A stretch of DNA of 64,000 nt from Marsupella aquatica (taxonomy: Eukaryota > Plantae > Marchantiophyta), in contig OZ316894.1 in assembly GCA_973895155.1 (NCBI GenBank), forward strand, positions 6,844,234 to 6,908,233. Direction: 5' to 3'. This document shows, one piece after another, positions 1 through 12,689 of the stretch (positions are counted from its first letter, which is position 1; every line of letters starts with the position of its first letter). The notes beneath the pieces were generated by a model. It was not told where the DNA came from, made no database searches, and worked only from the letters and a program-made list of their open reading frames with translations. The position numbers and the translations under genes were made by a program.

Positions 1-2021
1 AAAGTTTTATATCAAGTACCACTTGGATGACTGCATCATCAGCAGCATTTAGACTGATTCACTTGGGACCTGTGGGACGCCCCAAGGAATTGATATAAGT
101 TCCGTCCGTGGGTGCAAGAAAGCATGACAGTCACGAACGAAAACCTACTTTGACGCATGCGTGTGAAGGTTTGAAATTTAAAAATTGGTCAAAACAGTGC
201 CGTGCTGGGAGGGAGGAGGCAGGAAGGCATCGTCAGACATCGTATGGCATTTCATCGCACTTGTTTGCCTCGAAAGTGCTGCGAGCTCTCGAAAGCAGCA
301 GCAGACCCGAGACTGCCATTGCACGCTTTGAAATTTCAAAAACACTCGTGTAATAGCGTACATGGATAATCCCCATCAACCCTCACGGAATTTGTTCCTG
401 GCGATGTCGTGTATTTGTATTACGGGTTTCCACCACAGAAGACGGAGATTCCTTCCGTCAGGATCTCCCAATTTGCTTTCCGGGCCCGCCGGCCGGATTT
501 GCTGGAGGTCGGGGATGGAATGATGGATGGTCACACAGTTCGGGAAGCGCACACTTCTCTGGAAGAGCGTCGAGCAGTAGAGTGGCCGATTGTAGAGCCC
601 AGCGGCTCATATGGTACAGAGGACAGAGAGCGAAAGAGTATTCAGCCATTTCAGCGCGCTGATCCGCACCCACTGTACACAATGACGCAGCCCAATCAAA
701 AATATGTTCCGACGCGCAACGGCCCGCTCCGCCAGGAGTTCCGGGCTTCCGGCACGTCCGTAGTGAACCGCCTGGTCCTCCAGATATGGATGGAAGAGAC
801 AAAACATGTCTGCCCACGTTCACTTTCGTGCGACAAACTCCCGGCAAGCTTCACTGACCTCCTGCCAGAGAAGTTTGCTGTATCCATGGCATGTCTCCAT
901 GCACGACAAGCATCATGCTTCTTCTTCCCAACTTATTCGGCGTTCCGTTTGAATATTTGCCTTTTTCGCAGGCTATAGCCTACTCCTATAATCCACCTCC
1001 TATCTCGCTCGGCTGGGTCTACCACTCTACCCAGAGGGAAGTGGGAACCGACAGACTCTCCGATTCTCTACTCTCTCGAAGCCTGGAACAATTCCGTTCC
1101 CAGCAATCGCACAGCTTAATTGTCAAAGGGCGACCGAAGATGACGGAGTTGGTGCCATAACAGTTGTGTGAGGAGCGAGCACCCACTCCCCAAACCCAAA
1201 GGATAATAAATGTCGTGGATTGGCACCAATCCACGACATTTTCTTTTGGTCTCTCTTATGTTGTTCGATGGTTTAGTCGTTCGTGTCGACGCTGTGCGTC
1301 TGATATCGAGACTACGAATACCCTGAATGTGGTGGCTGGACGATATGAGATTTAGTCGAGGGTGAACTCCCCTTCGCCGGCGATCAAATAATCGACCTTT
1401 TGTCTATCAAGATCAAAGCATGCTGGAGCGTTGGTGCTCTATGGTCGAACAGGATGAGGATACGTTTAAAGATAATATTGCACAAGGGAATCGGAAATGT
1501 GCAGTGGTAGTGATAGGATTTGGAAACAGTTCAATTGTCGAAGGCAAAGCTCTTGTCCCGTGATGCCATCAATATTGAGGAAAAATCTTTAATGCAATTC
1601 GGCGTCAACAGGTTTACTTTTTGCTCGCGATTGCTGCAGTCGTTTCCAGCTCATGGCAGTGCAGTGGTGCAGACGAGATTATACGGGTATTTAGAGAGGT
1701 TGGGAGACAGAAATCGACCTGAGTGAAGAGGTAGGCAATAGGCTTGGCCTCGAGATATGCAGGGATTGCTAGATGCAAAGCCATTGAAATGCGCGAAGGT
1801 TCTCCAGGCGCATTTGGTAAGCATGCCACAGATATCTCGAGATCCACTTCTGAATTCCAGGAAGAGAGAGGGAATTATATGGGATCAATGCTCAAGGTTG
1901 GACTTGAGATGGCGAACTAGCTGTTGACGGGTATTCGAGTCATATTTTTCGGAACGTTAGAAGTATACAGTTTTATCGTTCACAATCCGCTCCGGGTAGC
2001 TAGGTATATAGGTCGTTGGTG

Positions 2022-5000
2022 ATGTCGATAAAAGGAGGGGCAAGCTCTCCCTTGGCCGCCTTCGCAGTGAAAGCATCGCTTCTAGCAGAGCAGTTGGGAT
2101 CTGGGCTGTACGAAGGATGCGCAGAGGTGGAGGAGTTTCCATCCATGGTTGAGACAATTCGGTTGAAGCACAATGTCTGGACCATGGAGCTAAAGAAATA
2201 TGGGATGCCGGGAGAGAATCTGGTGGTGCCCCTCATTCAGGCGGCCACCAAGAAGCTTCGAGAAGAGGAAACTCGGCTGAGAAGGTTGCACAGCAGCTGC
2301 TACATGAAATGCTTCGCAGCTAGCAGGTTTATGTTTCCGAAGGACCTCGCAACCACCATTCAGGGTGTAATTGACGTGCTCGAGAACCTCCCCCTCCTCT
2401 TAAAAGAGAGTATAGAAAACTCGGAGGAAAACCTCTTTGCCACTTTGTCGATGACTAAAGACGTAGAGGGTTATTCGAAACTAATAAATGAGCCCGATTT
2501 CGAAGACGAACCTCCTATTCCGCCGCAACAACCTCGATCCAGTCCTCGAAGAAAACAATGCAGGCTACCGTTTACAGCGGACGAGCGTTGGGTTACGAAA
2601 AATTTGTCCATGTTGGAAGTGCAGCAAGCTTTAGAAAGGGAGAACGGGCCACATGTCGTCGTTCTCCACGGCGGTCCTGGAACGGGCAAATCTAGTCTCG
2701 CAAGACATCTTGCTCTGTATTATGCCGATGGTGGAGCTGGATCACAGTACTTTAACGACGGTGTTTTCTACCTTTCTTGTAGTGGGGGTGTGGATATCAA
2801 AGCCAAGCAACTGGAGCTTTTGTACATTTTAAACTACCCCCTTCACCTTTTGCTAACCAGCGGGGAATCGCAGCAACTCAATGGCGCAGGGATTCACAAG
2901 AAACTGGTTGAACACATGGACGACAAGGATGCCCTGGTAGTGCTCGACAATGTGGAGGACTGCGACCTGCTGCAGCACTTGCTGGTGCCCAGCCCACGCG
3001 TGAAGTATCTCGTCACCTCGGAGCTCAAATTACTCTGGGCAGATACTTTGAATCTTCGTGTTCCGCCACTCCAGACGAGCGATGCTCGGGAGATTCTGGT
3101 CCGGCATTTGGACCTTTATCCGCCGAGTGGATCCCCTGAGAGCGCTATTCCATCCTACCTCCAGGTACTTCAAAATCCTACCATTCACATCCTGCACATT
3201 CCAGAATTTCAAAATTCTTACTTACTTTCTGGAAACATACGGTTTCTCTCTGTTTCGTCGGAAAGAGCCTACCCTTATCTCCAGAGCTGAAACACTGCAT
3301 CGCCATATTTGAGTACGGCTTGAATTTATTCAAAAGCACCTGTTGTTATGACTGAAATGAGCTTGACTATGCAGTGGAATACGTGCGCTATATTTGTCTT
3401 CAGTAATGAATCTCTCTGCATCTCCTCGGAAATCTGGCACTGTCAAGTGTCTCACTACAGAGAAATTCTCGTATTCTACTCACCGTTTGTCGTGAGTGGT
3501 AACCGCACTTTGAATCGAGAGACTTGGCTTAATCGAGAATCAAACTGATGGAGTCGACCTACAAATGCATATATGCAAACTTCGATTGGCTACAAGCTTC
3601 GACCAAACTGATTTGCATGGGGTCGAAATTGTGTGGAATTCATGTGCAACGAACGTATTTCATATCATTCTTCGTCTATGCTTGCGCCTAATCGCGGAGA
3701 GTTGGACAGTTGAGAACAGGCGGCTCAAATTGGAAAAGCGATAGTGGAACTTTAGCGCACAGGAAAAACGGTGGTCGCATGTAGAGCTCATATGTCTGAT
3801 CTCTTCTATGATTGCCACAACATTGGATTCCGGGTGGGCAGAACCCAGCTCACCCACTTTTCTTCAGCAAATTCTGAACGTACAAGTTTCATAAATCTTA
3901 CTCCTTGAAGCTGACGGGTTGCGTTCCTGATGCAGAGAGTAGCAGATGCCCTGATCACAGCAACTGGGGCTAACCCGCTGGCATTGGTGAGCCTGTCTCT
4001 AGCAATTAGGAGACGGAGTGCTGGTTGTAGCACCGAGACAAGCGTGTGGCAGGACGTCGAGAAAAAATTCCGAAACATACTGCACGCGGAGAATGACAGC
4101 ACCAGCACCCTCGGAGAGCTGCACACAAGGAAGGTGGCTGTTGCCATTACCTTGGCTGTGGATCACTTACCATCAGAAGCGAAATCAATACTCTTTGCCG
4201 TAGCGGCATTTGACGACTTGCCAATTCCAGAGATAGTGGTACGCCTCCTCGTGAACTGCACGGATGGCCCAACCTCGAGCTTCGCAAAATGGAGAGATTA
4301 CTTGACAGAAACTGGACTCATCCAGCAACAATACCAGACTGTTCCATGGAGTAGCGCTCAGCAGAGCACACTCACCATCCACGGCATTCGAAAGCACTGT
4401 GTGAAAGCTACGAATAAGAAGGAGATCGGGCGAATGATCGACAATTTGCTAAGCCGTTTGCAACCTGGGAACCAAAGGTCGAAAGAGGAAATTCTTGACT
4501 CAGACACAGCTCTGATGGCTGCGCTTTTCGTTGTGTATGGCGAAGCGGTAGTGGCAAAAAGGGCAGCAGCCACGCTGGGGGTGTCTGACTTCAGTCACAT
4601 GGGGAGTTTAATCCTTACTTGGTTGGCACCTCTTGTCTCGATGCTGGAAGTCGCCGATCATCAAGAGGAGTGGCAGCAACAGTTTCACATGACCCACATT
4701 CTGGCAAGACAGGTGAGTGCTCATGTGCAGGAACTCATCAGCTCCGTTTCGTTTTTTAGTGTTTGAATTGATCTCTCCCTTAGGTGTTAGGACCCTTAAC
4801 GCGGAAATGAACTTGATGTAACATTCGATCCATTCAGTATCTGGTTCGGAATCAATTGGGACATGGAGGAGTTTGTCTGGACTACGGTGACCACCCTGGG
4901 CAATCCCCAGTCTTTGGACGAAGCGAGTGAAGATAAAAAATTCATCATTTTCTCGAATTGAAGCACCATGACGACCATCACGATCCCTTAGGTTCTTACA

Positions 5001-8000
5001 TTGATACGAATCTATATGCTGGATGGGAGGACAATTGATTCGTTCCCGTTTTACGAATGCAGGTGATCTTGGAGTTCATTTGCCATGGAAATCCAGAGGA
5101 TGGCATCACGGGATTGTTGGCTCTGCCCGAAGCTGCACTCACCGTTTGTTGGGCTCTGGCCGTGCATGCCCTCGACAAGCCCCTCATTCTCGTAAGCGAC
5201 GGTATCATGCAGGAACTGCTCACTTTGTTGGGCAGAAACATAGACCCTCCAACCCAAAAGAACGCAGCTTGGGCTCTAGCAAACATCGCCGTGTCCGACG
5301 AATTCAAACCCTACAATCTAGCACGGTTCCCAGGTAACATATAGGCTTCCATTTGCGTCACTGCCATGTTTTCATCAACATATTCCTCAATTTGAAGGAC
5401 ACAGATTGTTTCGTCTAGATTGGAGAGGACAAGAACGGATTCAAAGTGGCCGAATCCCTTTCTTTGATTCAGTTGTTTTAAAGATTGCTGAGACGGGCAC
5501 CAATGAATCGTAATGGTCCCATAGTCGCAAACATGGTGAAAAATAATTGATGATAGAGAAATACTTGACGAAAAAATTATTGTTAAATGGAAAAAGTAAG
5601 TTGTTTCAGGAATAATATTGGATGGAAAACTTCAGTTCTCATGGAAAAATTGTTAACCTTTGACCGTTTGACGAACGTAATGAATCGGAAGTGCAGGCTT
5701 CCTCGAGGGATTCGTGCGGCTACTGGGCCATGCCAACGACGCATACAATGACATTCAGAGCATTGCAGCATGGACATTGATGGTGGTGGCTGAGGCGGAG
5801 GACAATCGAGTGGAGCTAGCAGCATTTCCCGGGGCACTACAGGGGCTTGTAAGATTGCTGAGTAAGGCTGGAACTGCTGAGGCCGTGAAATCGGACACTC
5901 TGAGCAATGCGGCCTGGGCATTGGCCAACATTACTGTAGCTAGGGAGAACAGGACTACTGTTGCAGCTCTTCCGGGCGCCTTGCAGGTATTAATGAATCC
6001 GATTCACTTCAAGTTCGGTTTTGGTCCAGAGGAACTTTTAAACATCGAATTCTTAGGTTTCAAAAATTTAGTGAAGTCTCAATATGGGATACGATTTGAG
6101 TGATCGCACTCTCTGGACATGACACAGGCTTTGCTGAGAGATAAACGTTGTATCCTGACTAACAGTTTGGTTCGAAACAGTCTTTTGTTTCGAACCGATG
6201 GATTAGGCTTGAGAAGACCTCCTTATGTTCCGTGTTGTTACAATTCCTTACGTTAATTTTGCAAATGAGTATCCGGCTTGGACTTATTCTATGCTCCCTG
6301 AATCACCTAACGGAGTGTGACGACCACATCACGATTGCAACTTTTTTGAAAATGACGAACCTTGCTTCACGAGGGCTAGCTTCTAAGAATTAAGGGGTAC
6401 ATGCAGGGTCTGGTGAGGCTGTTGGGGAAGGACATGAGCCCGTGCACACAGGGCAAAGCAGCATGGGCACTAGCCAACATGGCCGAGGCAGAGGATAACA
6501 AACTCAGAATTGCGCCATTTCCAGGTGCTTTGGAAGGCCTCGTGAGGCTTCTCGGTGTAGAGGAACTGAACCACAACCTGCTTTCCACACATCAGCATCG
6601 CAACGAGCGTTTGGCATCCGCAATGGCCTTGGGAAATTTAAATGCAGCTTGGGCTCTAGCCAGCCTCTCAGATTGCAAGGAGCTTCAGGTAAAAACAAAG
6701 ATTCGTGGTTTTTCAGGGCATGCGCACTCTTAATCACTTCCAGATCGTTCTTCAGAGTCGCACAGCTATCACGCGGCAATTGGAGAACTTGAACACCGAA
6801 TTTTTACCAATTTTCATAAACCATATCTCAGTTGATAATATTAGGATTTTCAATTTATTAAATTTTTGTGTCATGCAGATAATCATAGCCAAACACCCAG
6901 GAGCACTTAAAGGGTTAGTGCGACTGTTGAGTAAGGATGTGAACTCACAAACGAGATGCTCTGCAGCGTGGGCTCTAGTGCACCTAGCTGAAGCTGTGGA
7001 GAATAAGGTTGCCATAGTTTCAATTCCAGGAGCTGTGGAGGGTCTGGTGAGTCTTTTAGATCTGAATGATTCTATGCAAAACCATCGAGATATACAGCAA
7101 CATGCTACATGGACTTGGCGAAATTTGAGTGCAGCATGGGCCCTAGGCAGCCTCGCTGAGATTGAGGTGAACAAAGCCATCGTTGCAGCATGTCCTGGTA
7201 CGTGGAAGCCTCCGTCATTCTCATTTTGTTCTATCTGCTGACGAATCTCATACGTCCTGCAAGATAGGAAAGTGGATTACTGGAGCCTGGTATCCAATGC
7301 TAGCCACCCCTGAATTTCCCACAACGATTGTCTGCCGGAAGGAACTAATTGGATTTGTTTTCCAGGTGCGTTGAAGGGGCTCGTAGGATTACTGAAGAAT
7401 GTCAACCTGAACATTCAGAGTCGTGCAGTATGGGCTTTGGCCAACATATCAGCAGCTGAAATCCATCAAGAAACTATAGCAATGTTCCCTGGAGCTTTGC
7501 AGGGCTTGATAGCTTTACTGAGCAAGGACGTTCACCCACACACCCAGGGCAATGTAGCGCGGGCGTTGGCACATATTGTGGAGGCCGGGAAAAACAGGGC
7601 TATTGTGGCGAAGTTTCCAGGGGCATTAGAGGGGCTGGTGTGGCTGCTTGGGAAGGATGTGAGCTCGTATCACACCCAAAACAACGCAGCCCGGGCTTTG
7701 GCAACCATGGCAAGTCTGGAAGAGAACCAGGAGGGAATTGCTAGCTGCCCCGGAGCTCTGGAAGGGCTGGTGAGGCTGTTGGGTATTGATGACGACCCTG
7801 CGGTACAGATTAATGCTGCATGGGCCCTCGCTAACTTGGCAGAGGCGAACGCCAACAAGATTAAGATCTCCTCCGTCCCCGGAGCCGTGGAGAGACTTCT
7901 CGCTCTGCTGGAGGAGGAAGTGGATGCCAGTGTGCAAGCAGTGGCAGCCAGGACGTTGACTCAAATTGCGGCACAAACAAGCAACCGGCTGATTTTGAGT

Positions 8001-8866
8001 TCAGGAGAGGCTTACAGGAGTCGTGCTGTTGTCAACATCGAGATGGAGAACTACCCACAGGCCCTCGCAGATCTTAACAGAGCCAACAACTTACAGCCAG
8101 ATAACCCTTACACTTTCAGGTAAGCAGGAGACACTCCGATGGCAATTTTTCTTTTCCGTGCTGTATTCCGAATAAATTTGCGTAGCTGCTGGAACAAATT
8201 AGGCAGCGGAAAGTAACAGTATTCTAGTTTGGCTGCACACAAGTTATTGGATTCTTTCATTTCGTATGAAACAATTCTTCTTGTTTATTGCTTGATCTCT
8301 GGTACTCCTAACTGGCTTTCCGGTCGTCCAATAGAGTCTTGTTACGTCCTTTTTTACAATGCTCAGGTGATAAGCTTCGCAAGTCTCGCTTAATGACTGG
8401 ATTGTTTGAGATGAATTTAAGGTGATTCGTTTGGTCCCATGACCCATAGAATGTTCAAAGGGTTTTTGGCGAGTAACGACACTCTCTATGGACATACAGT
8501 TGGAGGAGATTCGTGAAAGTTATGTTAAAAGATTACGATGGAGCTCTATCCGATGCCAACAGAGCCATCCTGCTGCAGGAGCACAAGCCATTCCACTGGC
8601 AGGAGCGAGGGGTGTTGAAACGTGTGATGGGGAACCTGGAAGGAGCTCTAGTGGACTTGGATAGAGCCTTGGAGATCAACCCAGACGACTACGAATCTCT
8701 GAAGCACCGAGCACTTGTGAAGTTTCTAATGCACGACAGGGCAGGGGCCTGTTTGGATGCAGAACAGGCAATGTCCACGAAGCCTGCCCACCTGGAGGAT
8801 CCTGGCTATGGTGCAAGTTTTCTGGGAGGCCTTGGAGTGGAGTTTCTCGTCTACAAACTCAAGTGA
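2022..8866 (+). CDS. NLR-like STAND protein: N-terminal helical domain + NB-ARC + ~12 ARM repeats + 4 TPR repeats (~1400 aa, 8 coding exons)
   Basis: Exons 2022-3164, 3936-4712, 5063-5333, 5697-5986, 6407-6688, 6879-7197, 7366-8119, 8500-8866. All introns are GT-AG and phase-compatible; total 4203 nt with no internal stop. NB-ARC motifs: Walker A GGPGTGKS, RNBS-A FNDGVFYLS, Walker B LVVLDNVED, YLVTSE, GxP GANPLAL, MHD-equivalent LTIHG. ARM consensus PGALxGLVxLL...AAWALANxA. TPRs such as ALADLNRANNLQPDN and ALVDLDRALEINPDD. Confidence 0.9.
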
Positions 8867-9884
8867 TTGATTTTTTCATTAGTGTGTACAGACAACCCTG
8901 ACCAAATCAGCTGGATGGCCGAATTAATATCTGTCGTCATCCCATGCTCGGGTCAAGGCAACCCAATTGCCAACCCGATAGGGGTTTCTCTCTTAATTAC
9001 TCACACATTTGATGCGAGTAAGGAGTGTAAATAACCCAAAGGCCCCTCACTAACATCACAATTATAGTTTAGTAAGTTTCTTCAACCGGGTTATACATAA
9101 TAGCCATTCATTCAATCTTGTAAAAAGATGTACCGTAATCTAGATGTAATCAAAACTCATGGCTCAAGGAAGTCCTTAATCGAAGTTTCCAACAATTCGT
9201 CTCAACGTATGTGGTTTGGGAGTTTTTGGGAATACATACCCACTGGGTATCGTGCTGGGTATTGCTGGGACTTAACTTGCGGGAGGATGACACGAGATTT
9301 CTTAGAGCCACTATCAAGTATCGAGAAACCTCGGACGTTGAGGTTTGCCGCCTTTGGGTGTCAGAGGGATTAAAACTACTGGCTTTGATACGGGACAATG
9401 TCTACCTGAATTTTGAGAAACCACGAACACATCATTGAGGGAATGACGATCGAAACCAATCACTTGAGCATCACTTTCATGCCCTGTATGTCCTGTGCGT
9501 CCAGTGCTGGCCACATCATGAGAAATTTATGTCGTGACAATTCTACCAGGATCATTTCGACTTGAACCGAATTCCCTGTGTATGGCCGTTGCAATTTATC
9601 TGCACAATCGTATGTGTTGGACCTGACGAGCCTATCTTGTACCAACCAGAAAGCCCAAAGTCACGCATACTCAGTCACGCATACTCGATAAGAAATTTGA
9701 AATCCTTTCTCCCACTGGGAGCTAAAACATAATTGCAGAAGCTAAGTTCTAATGTACATATCGGTGCGAAACTTTCCCACAATAATCTCGCGCCAAAAGC
9801 TCGCTTAGACAATTGGAAGCCTTCATGACGAATTGGTGAAGTGGAGCACCATACGTTATGATACGACCATCGTTATCAGTTCGA

Positions 9885-10025
9885 GGCCCGGGTGACAGAC
9901 TTACGAAAATAAAAATTTACACATAGTCATACACAATGTTCTAACAGTACTTATTCAGGCCCAAGTGACAGCCTTACGAAAATCAAAATTTACATATAGT
10001 CATACACGATGTTTTAACAGTACTA
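9885..10025. repeat. Two-copy tandem repeat, ~72 bp unit
   Basis: ggccc..gtgacag.cttacgaaaat.aaaatttaca.atagtcatacac.atgtt.taacagtact occurs twice in tandem. Confidence 0.8.
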
Positions 10026-11750
10026 AGTAACTCTCGTCTAGAATAACTACCGTTCGGCTGTTGGTTATAGTACAAGTATTAGGATACATAAAATGGATGT
10101 AGATGCACTCCCCATGAACTTGAAGCCATTGATATGTCCCAAAATATGAGTGACTATAAATTTCTACACTGACAAATATTGACTCATGAAACTCTGCTTG
10201 AGGTAGTGGGCCTGCAGGGCGATGTTGTGGACTCGAAGTTGTCTCGTTCTGGTTCAATAACACTACCACTGATTAAGAGCGAAGCAGATCTTGAAGCCCT
10301 TCTGGCAGTTTCAGCCCTATCTGAAATACTCAGCAGTACTAGTTCCACTAAGTGATAATGCTCAACTCACCCTCTATCCATGTCTAAACTAGAGTCAATT
10401 CACCCGATTTGGCTACATGCCCGTACACCTCTATTGTGCGGTAGTGAATCTAAACGAAGGACTCGTCACCGTAAAAATATCTTCCCAACTAGTCAGAAAA
10501 GTGTTAGAGCAGAGAGGAAAACTATTTTGGGGAGTCGGAAGTTGGGTTGGTGGTGGTCGTGGACAAGGCTGGATGGGCAGAATGTTTTCTTGGGCGTGAT
10601 TGTGAGCGCGCATGCATTTGGCGCCATGAATCGATGGCAGATGTAGCTGGATGGAGGAGACAGACGGGGAACGTGAGTCTAATCGAGCGTGAGATCAGAA
10701 GAAGGTGAATCGGCTATGGAAGTACTGTGACATTGGTTCGGACCAGTTTGTTGAAGCAAACGAGCACTGATTGTCAGGTCGAATGACTGAGTTTGTATGC
10801 TCTGTTACTGTCAGCCACTCCGTTGCCACCTACTGTAATTGAACTAACCCAGCTCCTTTAGGCTGGTTGATGGTTGAACGATTTCGTTCCGGACATGAGA
10901 GCAGAGTGCGGGTCGGAGTGAAGGCTTTCATTTACGACCCGATTCGATTCGAAGGAACCCTCTTTCCACCTCAGCTGGCGAAGAAGATTGAATTGCGGCT
11001 TGACGAACATAGCTAGTTGGTTAGTCTTGGTCCACCATCGACAGGTAGTTCTTGATCACTTTTGCTTTCTTCCTCTGGGATTTAGGGGATCGTAGGTGTA
11101 GCACAATTCGATTGACCGCTCCGGCGTTTCTTTCTGGCCAGGGTTAGCTAGAATTTCATTTGGATGTCTATTAGACAGTCTAGAGTATTCGGTAAAGCGG
11201 TACTAGCAGTATTGCCAGCCAACATTGATCTTCATAGGTAATTGAATCACAATCTGTTCCCGGACTACAGAATCGAGGCTGCCTACGATGTTATTCAATG
11301 CTGACAACGTTGTGATTGCTTCTTTTTGTTACCAGGGTTTGGGATATTTCCTTGCTTCGGAAACGTGACGATCAGCAACCAGAATAGCCTCACGGTATTC
11401 TACACTATACGCAGGCCTAGACCACAGAAACTGTACAATTCAGAAGCTCGTTTACTTCCAAATTTGTCCCCCAACTCTTGCACGCTTTGGCGAGGAGGAA
11501 CAATCATGAAGGTCTGATTGAGATTACGAAACTTTCAGTACGGGTAGAAGGTCAAGTTAGATCAGCTCAGCTAGACCTTACGTAAGCATAACAACGTACC
11601 AGTTGTGGGGGCTAGGATTAGATAGATAACCCCACTTATAGCTAGTCTATAGACACAATCATTCTGCACTTACCCAGTCGTTGCTTGCCTCTAGTGTGCG
11701 TTTGAACTAAAAGAACCCGTGCTCTGCCGATCAGTCCTTCGTCAAGAATC

Positions 11751-12689
11751 ATGGGAATTGTAAGTTGTACGGCTCCTAAGGCTAGCGAAGGATATCCAAC
11801 TAAGTCCCGAAACGTTGGCGCTAATGCAAAGATCAGGTTGCGAATCCGGGGAGACAAATTGCTGATATTGCTGGTGATATCCTGCTGTACATTACAATGC
11901 GGAGTGACTGGAGTCGCTGTGCAAGCTCTACCTTCCGCACAGGCACCGTCAGAGAACGCATTGGAGGCACCGGTTGGACTTGTGGAACCAATGGCCCGAC
12001 CAATGGTGGGCGAAGCTCCGCTCCCGTCACCTCTTCTTGCGCCACCGCAAGGACAGGCCGCCCAGTTCCAACAAGTTATCTCCTCTCTCCGTTCGAACAA
12101 TTATACCATCGGTGGTCAGTACATCTCGGACTACCTCTTTCTCCTCCCTCTGGACAGTACTGTTTTCGTGCCCACGAACGCAGCCTTCGATGCATTAAAT
12201 CGGAACCTAGCTCTCGGGCCTCTTTTGGCGTATCACGCCATCTTGCAACAGTTTAACTACGAGTTACTCCTGCTGTTTCCAGCTGGCACCGGATTTCCAT
12301 CCTTGATCGGCAACAAGAACTCAATTGTGATCACCAGCGTAGCGCCAGACGATTTCAGAGTGGATGATGTCCGTATTGTTCAGGGAAACATCTGCAGGTC
12401 GAGCACTGCGGTCTTGCAGATTTCTTGTCATGGAGTAGATGGTATACTGAACATGACATTATGGGGTCAGACAGGTGCCTCGCATTTGCCACCAGTTTCT
12501 TCGCCACCATCAGAGGCTCCTATATCGGAGCTTACACTTCCCCCTACAGTAGAGAGTCCTTCGGCACCCGCGCCTGCGCCTAAGAGGCTTCACCACCAGC
12601 TGGTGGTGCATCCCGAGCTGAAAGTCGGTGTGCATTGTTCTCGGTGGTCCTTCTGTACGTGCTTGCCGCTGCTCTCACAGTCTAGTTAG
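11751..12689 (+). CDS. Fasciclin-like arabinogalactan protein (single FAS1 domain); C-terminal GPI signal frameshifted
   Basis: Hydrophobic signal-like segment LLILLVISCCTLQCGVTGVAVQA; AP/SP-rich regions on both sides of the FAS1 domain; FAS1 motifs H1 TVFVPTNAAF, LLAYHAI and H2 ISCHGVDGIL. Intronless; the exact start codon is uncertain. Confidence 0.85.
   Translation: MGIVSCTAPKASEGYPTKSRNVGANAKIRLRIRGDKLLILLVISCCTLQCGVTGVAVQALPSAQAPSENALEAPVGLVEPMARPMVGEAPLPSPLLAPPQGQAAQFQQVISSLRSNNYTIGGQYISDYLFLLPLDSTVFVPTNAAFDALNRNLALGPLLAYHAILQQFNYELLLLFPAGTGFPSLIGNKNSIVITSVAPDDFRVDDVRIVQGNICRSSTAVLQISCHGVDGILNMTLWGQTGASHLPPVSSPPSEAPISELTLPPTVESPSAPAPAPKRLHHQLVVHPELKVGVHCSRWSFCTCLPLLSQSS

Noticed and set aside
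108-1850. Several 60-190-aa ORFs upstream of the NB-ARC gene
   Set aside because: No recognisable domains or splice-consistent model. More likely promoter, 5' UTR and leader intron (acceptor-like tatag at 2007-2011).
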